In this document: positions 1-9,135 of the stretch, piece after piece | Layout: the number at the start of each line of letters is the position of its first letter | Position numbering within the stretch: the stretch's first letter is position 1 | NCBI GenBank assembly: GCA_039802265.1 | Contig: JBDRWI010000031.1 | Span: forward strand, 1-27,569 | Reading direction: 5' to 3' | DNA length: 27,569 nucleotides | Source: a candidate division WOR-3 bacterium | GTDB lineage: Bacteria; Hydrothermota; Tepidihabitantia; SM23-42; JAOAFX01 | Position numbers and translations under genes: made by a program | Notes under the pieces: generated by a model | Told to the model about the DNA's origin: nothing | What the model saw: only the letters and a program-made list of their open reading frames with translations | Databases searched by the model: none

Positions 1-33
1 CAAACCGTCTCTTTGTGCGGAGACCATTTTCAT
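1..33 (-). CDS. 5' end of an unknown gene running off the left edge (MKMVSAQRDGL...)
   Basis: Reverse complement reads GGGGAGGATGAT-ATG AAA ATG GTC...; strong SD directly upstream and open to the window edge. Only 11 codons are visible. Confidence 0.6.
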   Translation of the reverse strand, partial: MKMVSAQRDGL

Positions 34-68
34 ATCATCCTCCCCTGAATATCTTGTGGTTTTTTTAA

Positions 69-128
69 CTATAATGAAAAATTTCATTACCATTGTATAG
101 GAATTTTTCAAATTCCTATACAATAAAA
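69..128. repeat. Copy A of a 60-bp double-palindrome module
   Basis: 57/60 identical to 9251-9310. Contains TAATGAAA-aa-TTTCATTA and a perfect 15-bp inverted repeat ATTGTATAGGAATTT-ttc-AAATTCCTATACAAT. Confidence 0.95.
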
Positions 129-187
129 ATTTTAAGGAATCCCACCCTTGTCTTTTTCTTTTAAAGCGGCAAGCCGATACCAATTTT

Positions 188-670
188 TTACCAATTGGTT
201 AGTATTGTGGTAACAAGCCTTTCAGCAGTCTTTTCAATGGCTTCTTTGATACTTTTATCCTCATCAGTTGTATAGATTGCCCAGTCTGAGACATCCCCTT
301 CCCAGAATACAATGTTTTTCACCCGGTCAAGGCAGACGACTGAAAATTTCACGGTAATCTTATATTGTGAGACATCAAGGGCACCGGTATAGACATAGGG
401 ATCTTTGGAAAAACTGCTGACCTTGCCAGTTATCACAATATCCGCCTGGTCCTCACTGGTGATTTTGAGACTTGAATTTTTCCGAAACGCCTCTATTGTT
501 GCCTGCGTAGCAATCTCATCAAGTCCAGCCTTAAAGGTCTGGTTTTCAAAAATTTTTATATGTACCTTTTGGATGTACCCCGGAAGCAGGGAACGGGTTG
601 AATAGCCACAACAATTTAGAAATATGGAGCAGGAAGTAACAAATAAGAAGTAAAAGGTTCTTTTTATCAT
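188..670 (-). CDS. lptE: LptE-like outer-membrane lipoprotein
   Basis: Lipoprotein signal ending in C-G-Y-S, ~160 aa, 'ADIVITGKV' segment typical of the LptE/RlpB-like family. Confidence 0.7.
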   Translation of the reverse strand: MIKRTFYFLFVTSCSIFLNCCGYSTRSLLPGYIQKVHIKIFENQTFKAGLDEIATQATIEAFRKNSSLKITSEDQADIVITGKVSSFSKDPYVYTGALDVSQYKITVKFSVVCLDRVKNIVFWEGDVSDWAIYTTDEDKSIKEAIEKTAERLVTTILTNW

Positions 671-2928
671 CTTAACAGTTCCATCCTTTTCTGTGCCTCT
701 AAACCCCAGACATCACCAACCCCGTATTCCTTTATAATTTGTGTGTAGAACCTTCTTGCCTCCTCGTTTTCATTCAGCATCTCAAGTGCCAGACCGCTCT
801 TGAAAAGGGCGGTTGGATACCACATCTTATCCCTTTCAAAGTTGTTTATAATCTTCTGATATTGATATAATGCCCTTATGAAATCCCCCTGGCCAAGGTA
901 TGCCTCACCAAGCCAGTAATAATATTCAACATTTGTTTCTAATTCCAGGGCTTTTTTTAGATTTTCTATTGCCCCATTTATTATTCCGCTGCGTAAATAT
1001 GCGTAGCCAATTTCAAAATAGTAATTCGCCGCCGGTTCTGCCACATTGGCGAGCAGTTCCCTACCCACCTCAATTACTTCATGCCACCGTTGTGCCTTTT
1101 TTAGAGCAGTCAATCGATTTTCCATAGATTCCTTGTACAACAGTGTATCCTTACTTGCAAGTTTGTAGTAATAGCCAGCCGAATCAAAATCCATCTTCAT
1201 ATACTTCAGAGTTCCCATCTTGAATAGTCCCTGATAATAGTATCGACCCGATCTAAATTTTTTAATGTAGTGGGCAAAACGTGCCTCTGCCGTGTCAAAA
1301 TCACCCTGGCAAAATGGAACCAGACACCAGTTATAAAAAAACTCTTCCTCATTTTGATAATCCGTTAGATTAATAAGCGAATCGAGCAAAAAACGGGCAT
1401 CCCGCCACCGCCTCTTTTCCATAAGATAGCCAACACGGGCAGTATAGAAATCAGAATCAAGACCACCCATTTCCTTTGTATATAGTGACTCAGCCAGCTT
1501 CATCCTGCCTGTATAAACCAGACACAAGAGATAAATCTTTATCAGTTGCAAGTCATTCATAAGGTCTTCAATATCAAACTTGATTATCGCCGAATAATCC
1601 TTTTTCTGGAATTTATAATTGAAATAGTTGACCATGCATTCATGTCTGAGCAGTGAATCAGGGGCAGTGTTTATCAATTCCTCATAGGTTGATTCAGGAT
1701 TACCACCGGTCTTGTGCAGACAAATGGCCTTGATTGACTTAATATAAGGGTCATCGGTCCGAGCAAGGACCAAATCCTTTGCGGCGTCTCTGAAATCTCC
1801 GTTCTGGAAATAGTTCAATGCCCTAATAATGCGCGCAAAATTTTTTGTCTTTGAGAAACTGATGTAATCTTTCATAATATCGTAAGCCTCTTTATATAAC
1901 TTTTTTCTGATGAGATGGTCACAATATATAGAATCCAAAAAGTAATTTTTTTTAAAATTCATTCTTAACTTTTTTAGATTAAAAAGTAAAGGTGTTGTAT
2001 CGGATAAAATTGAATCTAAGTTAATTGAATCGGGTAAACTGAGCAGTGAGGAGTCAAGATGCTCGGTATTTAAAAAACGCTGAATGAGTCTTATATCCTC
2101 GGGGCTATCTATCGTTAGCCCCGGAGGGATTTTTCTTTCAAATAAGATATTCAGGATTTCCGCCTTGGATTTCAATTCCGGGTTATTTGCTAAAAGAGGA
2201 ATAATACCTTCAAGCCCCTTTTCATCCATATCCAGGGAAATAATTGCCCAAGGATAAAGAATATCTTTGGGAATTTCGGCAGGGTTAACTTTTTGATATT
2301 CATAGTAAGCGCTCAATGTATCTCCAGAAAGGAGAAAATTTTTGATTAAATATAACTTCCCTTTAATGCCCTTTATACTCCTGAATATCTTTTTCCGTTC
2401 ATCCGGGTTCTTTAAGGAAAGTGCCTTCAAGATCTTCAGCGAATCGTTCTCCGGCAGAATTTTTAACAATTCGTCAAGAAAGAGTCCATCAGTTCCGAGT
2501 TCAAGGGCAATTTTGTCTAACAACCCTTTGTCAATTGTGAGATAGTCATAATTTTTTATGTATTGGAATGCCAGAAGAAAGGAATTCTGTTCAACAAGGC
2601 TGCGAATGAGCATATTGAATATCTCATCCCTTTTTTTATCATATTTAAAATCCTCAAGATATTTACTGGCAAGAGTAAAAAATTTTACTATCTTATCGTC
2701 TTTGTCATAAATTTTTAATAAGTAGTACACTGCCTCAGGTACCAATGTATCATTAGGATTTTCGGAAATAAAATTCTCCAGGAAAATTTCGGCAACCCGG
2801 TAATTACCCTGCTTGAAATTATTCCGGGCAACAAAAAAATCCTGATAATTATAGTCTAATAGAAAGAAATTCAAGAAAGTCGTAGGTAGACTACCAGTAA
2901 ATAAAATGACCAACAGACTCATAGTCAT
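667..2928 (-). CDS. Large tetratricopeptide-repeat protein with a hydrophobic N-terminus and BamD/CpoB-like TPRs
   Basis: Multiple TPR motifs (YYFEIGYAY, YYWLGEAY, ALFKSG). Start placed at ATG 2928, which overlaps the GT4 stop (ATGA), rather than at 3012. Confidence 0.8.
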   Translation of the reverse strand: MTMSLLVILFTGSLPTTFLNFFLLDYNYQDFFVARNNFKQGNYRVAEIFLENFISENPNDTLVPEAVYYLLKIYDKDDKIVKFFTLASKYLEDFKYDKKRDEIFNMLIRSLVEQNSFLLAFQYIKNYDYLTIDKGLLDKIALELGTDGLFLDELLKILPENDSLKILKALSLKNPDERKKIFRSIKGIKGKLYLIKNFLLSGDTLSAYYEYQKVNPAEIPKDILYPWAIISLDMDEKGLEGIIPLLANNPELKSKAEILNILFERKIPPGLTIDSPEDIRLIQRFLNTEHLDSSLLSLPDSINLDSILSDTTPLLFNLKKLRMNFKKNYFLDSIYCDHLIRKKLYKEAYDIMKDYISFSKTKNFARIIRALNYFQNGDFRDAAKDLVLARTDDPYIKSIKAICLHKTGGNPESTYEELINTAPDSLLRHECMVNYFNYKFQKKDYSAIIKFDIEDLMNDLQLIKIYLLCLVYTGRMKLAESLYTKEMGGLDSDFYTARVGYLMEKRRWRDARFLLDSLINLTDYQNEEEFFYNWCLVPFCQGDFDTAEARFAHYIKKFRSGRYYYQGLFKMGTLKYMKMDFDSAGYYYKLASKDTLLYKESMENRLTALKKAQRWHEVIEVGRELLANVAEPAANYYFEIGYAYLRSGIINGAIENLKKALELETNVEYYYWLGEAYLGQGDFIRALYQYQKIINNFERDKMWYPTALFKSGLALEMLNENEEARRFYTQIIKEYGVGDVWGLEAQKRMELLR

Positions 2929-4025
2929 CCAGACTCTATCTTCCCGGTCTCTTCCAGCAGGATCTTCTCCATCAATCCTGCGGAATGTTCCCAGGAGAAA
3001 TTTTTTGCCCACTCCTTTGCTCCATCAGAAAACTTATGCCACAAAGAGTCATCACTGATCAAAATTTTGATTCGCTCAGCAAGCTGAGCAATATTTCCGT
3101 ATTCGTAAAGAAATCCGGTCTTTCCATCAATTAAAGTTTCACGCAGACCCGGTGAGTTGGCACAGACTACCGGGGTACCACAGGACTGTGCCTCAATAAC
3201 AGTCAATCCCCAGCCCTCTTTTATAGACGGTTGGACCACCACCCGAGCGCTTTTGTAGATTTCATACTTTTTCTGCTCACTTACCATACCACAGAAATCT
3301 ACTTTTATATTTAATTTTCGAGAAAACTCCACAAGCTCATCCCGTGCATCTCCATCACCGGCGACCACTAATTCAACCGGCATCTCTTCTCTTATAGTGG
3401 CAATCGCCTTTAAGAGGTGGTCTATTGATTTATATCTTTTTATCCTTCCCACATACGCAATGAGGTTTTTTTTTCGTTGTATAATTGAATTATCTTTTAT
3501 CTCAGGAATACCACTGTATACAATATATATTTTTTTCCTTACACCCATCTTCTTCAAATCCTCGGCCGAACTCTCTGAAATTGCAATAAAGTTTGAATTG
3601 TGGTATAATAGAGGAATTATTCGTTCCGTTATGAAGACATATCCAGCAAAGAAGATATTGGTCTCTTTGAATATTGTCCTGCGAAATAGATGCATCACCA
3701 TTGCCAGATTTTTCTTCCGGGTAAAGAGTGGGGAATAGAAGGGGATCTTATTGAGGTCATCAATTATGACATCAACCGGTTTCTTTCTGAGGATAGCACG
3801 CAGTGCAAATGGCACATAGAAATTAAAATTAAATCTTCGCCCGATGCGAAAAATCTCAAAACCATCAATGACTTCATAGCGCCTCTGTCCTTCTCCCCGG
3901 CTACACAGAAGTATAACGCTATGTCCCCTTTTTAAGAGTCTGGAAAATATCTCGTAGAAATAGACCTCTGCCCCACCGGCATATTTATTTTGCCAGTCCT
4001 GCCAGTTAATAACCAAAATGACCAT
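2925..4025 (-). CDS. Glycosyltransferase family 4 (GT-B)
   Basis: GGAE motif near the N-terminus, YVGRI..YKS, and EGWGLTVIEA (EX7E). Confidence 0.93.
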   Translation of the reverse strand: MVILVINWQDWQNKYAGGAEVYFYEIFSRLLKRGHSVILLCSRGEGQRRYEVIDGFEIFRIGRRFNFNFYVPFALRAILRKKPVDVIIDDLNKIPFYSPLFTRKKNLAMVMHLFRRTIFKETNIFFAGYVFITERIIPLLYHNSNFIAISESSAEDLKKMGVRKKIYIVYSGIPEIKDNSIIQRKKNLIAYVGRIKRYKSIDHLLKAIATIREEMPVELVVAGDGDARDELVEFSRKLNIKVDFCGMVSEQKKYEIYKSARVVVQPSIKEGWGLTVIEAQSCGTPVVCANSPGLRETLIDGKTGFLYEYGNIAQLAERIKILISDDSLWHKFSDGAKEWAKNFSWEHSAGLMEKILLEETGKIESG

Positions 4026-4093
4026 AATAGTAAATAAGAATGTGAAAGCAAGAGGTAAATAATATCACCTTCAAATTTTTATTTATTCTTGTC

Positions 4094-5011
4094 CTATATT
4101 TTCGCACGCCAGTAGTTCAGCAGATCTTCAATGGTCTTTTCAAATTTTATCTTGGGTATCCAGCCCGTTAACCGGGAAAACTTCTCCCCATTTCCCACCA
4201 GCACCGGAATATCGGTTTTGCGCAGCCGCCCCGGGTCAATCCTTATTTCAAACTTCACCCGCGAGAGATTCTTGAAAATCTCAATTGCTTCAGAAAGGGT
4301 ATAACCCTTGCCTGCGGAAATATTGTATATCTCACCAACCGCACATCGGTTTAAGGCAAGTTTATAGGCAAAAACCACATCCTGAACATTCATAAATTCC
4401 CTTTTTATTTCAATATTACCCACTTCAATCAGGGGCGGCCTCTTACCACTTTCAATCTCAGCAACCTGGCGGGCAATAGAGGGTAAAACGAAATCATCGC
4501 TCTGACCCGGTCCGGTATGATTGAACGGCCTTAGGATAATTATATCTATTCCCTCGCGGGCATAATCGCTACATACGAGTTCTGCCATATATTTACTTAT
4601 CGCATACGGACTCTTCAGTTGAATCCCAGAATCCTCCGTCAAATTCTCGCCCCCACCATAGACTTCACAGGTAGAGACAAATATAAATTTTATCTTTTTG
4701 TTAAGATTCTTTGCCGCCTCAAGGAGATTTATTGTACCCATTACATTGGTATTATAGGTCAAAGTTCGGTCACGAAACGACCTGCTGACAGAACTCAGCG
4801 CTGCAAGATGGAAGATGATATCCGGTTTATGAGTCTTTAAAACCTCATTCACGGCGTCGGTCTTTAGCAGATCAAGGGGAACAAATTTACCGCGCCTTGG
4901 TTTTAGAAGCGGAAAGCACGTAGGGATGATAAATTCAAGGGTCTCTTTTAAAACCTTTACCAGATGCGAACCGACAAAACCTTCAGCACCAGTGACAAGT
5001 ATTCTATTCAT
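4094..5011 (-). CDS. Extended SDR, GDP-4-keto-6-deoxy-D-mannose reductase (Rmd)-like
   Basis: TGAEGFVG, HLAA, YAISK (YxxxK), FNHTGPGQS..FV. Confidence 0.75.
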   Translation of the reverse strand: MNRILVTGAEGFVGSHLVKVLKETLEFIIPTCFPLLKPRRGKFVPLDLLKTDAVNEVLKTHKPDIIFHLAALSSVSRSFRDRTLTYNTNVMGTINLLEAAKNLNKKIKFIFVSTCEVYGGGENLTEDSGIQLKSPYAISKYMAELVCSDYAREGIDIIILRPFNHTGPGQSDDFVLPSIARQVAEIESGKRPPLIEVGNIEIKREFMNVQDVVFAYKLALNRCAVGEIYNISAGKGYTLSEAIEIFKNLSRVKFEIRIDPGRLRKTDIPVLVGNGEKFSRLTGWIPKIKFEKTIEDLLNYWRAKI

Positions 5012-5964
5012 AAGATCTTCATTCGCCAGTAATCAAGTAAATCCTTAAGGGTTTTTTCAAACGGTATCTCTGGAGCCCAGCCCGCGGTTTCCTTAAACTT
5101 CTCAGATGAACCAATAAGCAATTGAACATCGGATGGTCTGAGGCGTGATGCATCCTGTTTTATTTCAAGGTCAACACCGGAAAGGGCAATGAGTTTATCG
5201 AGTAGCTCCCTAATCTTTATTCCCTTACCCGAAGCGATGTTATAAACCTCACCGGGTTTTCCCTTTTTCAAAGCAAGATAATAACCCCTGACCACATCAC
5301 GAACATCAAGGAAATCCCTCACTGCCTCAAGGTTTCCCACATATATAACCGGCTCTCTCTTTTTCTTTTCAATCTCAACAATCTGGCGGGCAAAGTTGGA
5401 TGAGACAAATACCTCCCCCCGGCGGGGTCCAGTATGGTTAAATGCCCTGGTTCTCACTATATTCATACCATAACTTTTGTAGTATTGAAAGCCAAGCAGA
5501 TCCTGGGTGACTTTGCTCACTGCATAAGGGCTCAAGGGTCTTAAAGGATTTGTCTCTTTGATAGGAATTTCATCAGGATAAACAAGACCGTATTCTTCGC
5601 TTGAGCCGGCGATTTGAATCAGTGTATCAAGTCTCAACTCCCTTACTGCCTCAAAGATATTGACCTCACCGATGACATTCGTCATAAGCGTCTCTGAAGG
5701 GGCACGCCAGGAAAATGGAACATAACTCTGTGCCGCAAGGTGGTATATATGATCAGGTTTGATTTCTTTAATTACATATTTGACTGCGGACGCATCCCTT
5801 ATATCGCATTCATATAACTTAATCGCATTCAGGATATGGGTGATATTATCCAGCCTTGAGCGCCATCTGACAATACCGAAAACCTCAATATCTTTCAGAC
5901 TGAGTAGATATTCAGCAAGATGACTTCCGGCAAAACCTGAAATGCCGGTGATTAGCGCCCTCAT
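5008..5964 (-). CDS. Extended SDR, GDP-mannose 4,6-dehydratase/Rmd family
   Basis: TGISGFAG, HLAAQSYV, SSEEYG, SPYAVSK, FNHTGPRRGEVFV, GNLEAVRD; SD AAGGAGG upstream. Confidence 0.8.
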   Translation of the reverse strand: MRALITGISGFAGSHLAEYLLSLKDIEVFGIVRWRSRLDNITHILNAIKLYECDIRDASAVKYVIKEIKPDHIYHLAAQSYVPFSWRAPSETLMTNVIGEVNIFEAVRELRLDTLIQIAGSSEEYGLVYPDEIPIKETNPLRPLSPYAVSKVTQDLLGFQYYKSYGMNIVRTRAFNHTGPRRGEVFVSSNFARQIVEIEKKKREPVIYVGNLEAVRDFLDVRDVVRGYYLALKKGKPGEVYNIASGKGIKIRELLDKLIALSGVDLEIKQDASRLRPSDVQLLIGSSEKFKETAGWAPEIPFEKTLKDLLDYWRMKIL

Positions 5965-5991
5965 AAACCTCCTTTCTCACTACAAAATCCA

Positions 5992-6741
5992 TCACTGCTT
6001 ATCCAATGATGATGGCAGATATGCCGTTGGGTCAACCGGTTTACCCTGAAAGCGCACCTCATAATGGAGATGGGGTGATGTGGATTTACCCGAAGACCCA
6101 ACCGTTCCAATCACTGCTCCGGCCGCTACTTCCTCTCCTTGTTTGGTGGTAATTGAATTGAGGTGTCCAAAAAATGTGGAATAATTCTTGTTATGCTCAA
6201 TGATAATGTAATTGCCGTATAATGTATCCCAGCCAACAGTGACCACCTTTCCGGATGCTGTCGCAATCACTGGAGAGAGAATTGGTGCGGCAATATCAAT
6301 GCCCGGATGGCCATCGGTAAAACTTTTGGAGATCTGACCGATTGTGGGGAAGAGATAGGGGATATTGGAAACTTCTTTAACACCTTCTGTAGCATTGGGT
6401 GCTGGATTCTTCCCCACCTCCGGTTCTACCTGAGGTGGGGACTTTTCAATACCGAGCATTATCTTTATCCGCTCATTGTTTAACTCTGCTAGCGCCAAGT
6501 CCTTTTTTATCTTTTCCAGTTTTGCAAATTCTTTTTCAATCTCAGCATTACGCCTTTTCAACAATGTTGCCTCCATCGCCCGATAAGATAAAGAGCCATA
6601 ATTGAAAATCCCGGCTACAATGAGAATGACGATTATAATAAAAATAAAAGATAAGAGAGTGAGCAACCTCTGAGATAAAAAAATATGTTTTGATGTACGG
6701 GCATCGGTGGTGCTTATTAAAATAGATATTCCCTTCTTCAT
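5992..6741 (-). CDS. M23 family metallopeptidase (TM + coiled coil + LytM domain)
   Basis: HPGID (HxxxD) and PHLHYE (HxH) zinc motifs; N-terminal TM helix. Confidence 0.92.
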   Translation of the reverse strand: MKKGISILISTTDARTSKHIFLSQRLLTLLSFIFIIIVILIVAGIFNYGSLSYRAMEATLLKRRNAEIEKEFAKLEKIKKDLALAELNNERIKIMLGIEKSPPQVEPEVGKNPAPNATEGVKEVSNIPYLFPTIGQISKSFTDGHPGIDIAAPILSPVIATASGKVVTVGWDTLYGNYIIIEHNKNYSTFFGHLNSITTKQGEEVAAGAVIGTVGSSGKSTSPHLHYEVRFQGKPVDPTAYLPSSLDKQ

Positions 6742-7742
6742 TCGTTAAATCCCTGCTCCAATGAATATAACAAAAGTTTTATCACATTCTGCACATCTTC
6801 CATATCACAGACTTCATTCGGAGAATGAACATATCGGGTGGGAATTGAAAGGACCCCACTCTGGACGCCTTCCCGGATCAGTTGAATAACAGCCGCATCG
6901 GTTGTCCCGCGTTCGAGGATTTCTAATTGAAAAGGAAGTTTCAACTTCTGGGCACTGGAAATCAAAATTTCTTTAATGAGTGGACTCGTGAAAAAACCAC
7001 TGTCCTTTATCTTTATCGCTACCCCTTTACCCAGTGCGACTGCCATTGGTGGGGATTCGGGGGTATCACCGGTTGCGGTCACATCAACAGCAAGTGCATA
7101 ATGGGGATTGATACTGTAAGCACCAGTCCGTGCCCCGCGCAGCCCAAGTTCTTCCTGGGTGGAAAAGACAAAATAGAGTTCATTACGGTGCCTTTTTATT
7201 CTTTTCATTACCTCAATGAGACAGAAACAGCCGATTCTATCATCTATTGCCTTGGCAACGATTTTATTTCCCATTTTCTTAAAAATTTGAAAGAAAGTAG
7301 CAACATCGCCAATACGAACCATCTTCTTTGCCTCTAATTGGTCCTTTGCCCCGATGTCAATAAACATATTTTCCAGCGGCGCCGGCTTTGGCGTCTCTGG
7401 TTTTGTCTCCACCCCAATCACACCAAGTAGTCCATTCGCAAAGACCACGCGGTGATGGAGGATACGCTCCGGAAAAACTCCGCCGACACTGGCAAATCTC
7501 AAAAATCCCTGTTTGTCTATGTGTTTGATAATCAGACCAATCTCATCCATATGGGCGCAGAGCATAATCTTTTTGGCCAAGCCCTTTCTCACAGACGGTG
7601 GTTTATAGGCAATTAAATTCCCCAGGGTATCGGTCTTTATCCCTTCACAATAATCCTTAATCTCCAACTCAATGATTTCACGAACCTTTTCTTCCCTACC
7701 TGAAGGTCCGTATGCCTCAGTAAGATTTCTAATCAGTTCCAT
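6738..7742 (-). CDS. M42 family (TET) aminopeptidase
   Basis: AHMDEIG, DDRIG, QEELGLRGA, GTTDA, RYVHS. Confidence 0.93.
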   Translation of the reverse strand: MELIRNLTEAYGPSGREEKVREIIELEIKDYCEGIKTDTLGNLIAYKPPSVRKGLAKKIMLCAHMDEIGLIIKHIDKQGFLRFASVGGVFPERILHHRVVFANGLLGVIGVETKPETPKPAPLENMFIDIGAKDQLEAKKMVRIGDVATFFQIFKKMGNKIVAKAIDDRIGCFCLIEVMKRIKRHRNELYFVFSTQEELGLRGARTGAYSINPHYALAVDVTATGDTPESPPMAVALGKGVAIKIKDSGFFTSPLIKEILISSAQKLKLPFQLEILERGTTDAAVIQLIREGVQSGVLSIPTRYVHSPNEVCDMEDVQNVIKLLLYSLEQGFNE

Positions 7743-8737
7743 TTCTTCCTTAAAATTTTTTCTATTGACTGGGTAAGTAGCTTGACGGTAAGATTTATGT
7801 CTACCTTTGAGGCAAACGCCAGTGGCGAATGGATATAGCGGGCAGGTGTGGAAACAACCGCCGTTGGAACACCCGCTTTAATTAAACTGATGGCACCGGC
7901 ATCCGTGCCTCCAACCATCGGCTGCTTGTGTTGATATGGAATATTATTCTCCTGGGCAGTCTCTTCAATTATCGAAACAAGTTTTTGAGTGCAAACCACT
8001 GAGTAGTCGTATTTGGTTATAACCGGACCTTTACCTAAAACTGGATAATGAGGCTGGTCCTTGTCGCTCAAAAACTCGTTCGTCCCTGTGGTATCTACCG
8101 CAATTGCCACATCCGGTGTTATCCGGTAGGCAGCAATCCGTGCGCCCCTAAGACCCACCTCTTCCTGAACCGTAAAGACATAATAACACGGAAAATCAGC
8201 ATTTTTTATCAACTGGATGAGCACAAAACAACCAATTCTGTTGTCCAGTGCCCGTCCAGTTACAAGATTACAATTTTCACAAAAGTCAGTATCAAATGTG
8301 CCGGTATCACCAATTTCTATCAATTTAACGGCTTCCTCTTTTGAACTTGCACCAATATCAATAAAGAGACTTTTATTCTCGGGTTTTTTCGCTAATTCTT
8401 GAGCTGCGGTAAGATGAACCGGTTTATGACCAACCACCCCAGGAATTCTATTCTTCCCTATTATCACTCGCTTGGCAATCATCGCCGAAACAGGAACCCC
8501 AACTGTCTTGAATCTTATCAGTCCATTCTTCTCAATTCCCGTCACCATAAATCCAACTTCATCCATATGAGCAGAGAGCATTATCTTTAATTTACCACTC
8601 CCCTTTTGGGCAATTAGATTACCATAATCATCTTCAATGATTTCATCAACCTCATTATTAATGCTGTTTCGGATATATTCTCTAACGCTCTCCTCATCGC
8701 CACTCACACCCACAAGTTCACAGAGTTCTTTAAGCAT
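7733..8737 (-). CDS. M42 family (TET) aminopeptidase, paralogue
   Basis: AHMDEVG, DNRIG, QEEVGLRGA, GGTDA, RYIHS. Start placed at ATG 8737 because TTG 8743 overlaps the -10 box. Confidence 0.92.
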   Translation of the reverse strand: MLKELCELVGVSGDEESVREYIRNSINNEVDEIIEDDYGNLIAQKGSGKLKIMLSAHMDEVGFMVTGIEKNGLIRFKTVGVPVSAMIAKRVIIGKNRIPGVVGHKPVHLTAAQELAKKPENKSLFIDIGASSKEEAVKLIEIGDTGTFDTDFCENCNLVTGRALDNRIGCFVLIQLIKNADFPCYYVFTVQEEVGLRGARIAAYRITPDVAIAVDTTGTNEFLSDKDQPHYPVLGKGPVITKYDYSVVCTQKLVSIIEETAQENNIPYQHKQPMVGGTDAGAISLIKAGVPTAVVSTPARYIHSPLAFASKVDINLTVKLLTQSIEKILRKKWN

Positions 8738-8742
8738 AACCA

Positions 8743-8770
8743 ATTATACTTAAGAAAAAGATAATGTCAA
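8743..8770 (-). promoter_or_regulatory. sigma70-like promoter, probably leaderless, for the M42 operon
   Basis: TTGACA(8770-8765)-16 bp-TATAAT(8748-8743), 5 nt before the ATG, no SD. Confidence 0.85.
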
Positions 8771-8941
8771 CCTATACCCAGCCTTGGGGATGTCTTTCAT
8801 TCGGAATGAAATTATTGTTTAGGATTTTTACTGAGAAAAGCGGTTTGAACTTTGCAATTATTTTTATACGAAACCACAGCAATAACCTAAAGTATTTTTG
8901 AAAACTGCAGATTACGATTATCTAAAGGCAACCGGCGTAAG

Positions 8942-9014
8942 GGTGGGTAACGGGACTTGAACCCGCAACACCTGGAGCCACAGTCCAGTGCTCTACCATT
9001 GAGCTATACCCACC
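8942..9014 (-). tRNA. tRNA-His (GUG)
   Basis: Cloverleaf: G-1, acceptor GTGGGTA/TACCCAC, C73, anticodon arm CTGGA-CTGTGGC-TCCAG, T-loop GGTTCAAG. CCA not encoded. Confidence 0.97.
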
Positions 9015-9027
9015 ATAACAGATCGTT

Positions 9028-9135
9028 TATGGTTAATGGGTTTGGATGCTGGTATGGTCTTTGGTCTATGGTTTTTGGACTATTCCCTAAACCCAACAAC
9101 CAATCCTGCTTCTCAACCCTAACCTACTAACCATA
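9028..9135. repeat. Degenerate heptamer tandem repeats (TGGTCTW-like) followed by a C/A-rich complementary-type arm
   Basis: tggtctt tggtcta tggtttt tggacta at 9055-9082. Outer ends TATGGTTA (9028-9035) and TAACCATA (9128-9135) are complementary. Confidence 0.6.

Noticed and set aside
135..145. AGGAATCCCAC shared with ~14073-14083
   Set aside because: Only 11 bp with no further similarity; compatible with chance.
2929..3012. N-terminal extension of the TPR ORF
   Set aside because: It would overlap GT4 by 88 bp; ATG 2928 gives a standard ATGA coupling.
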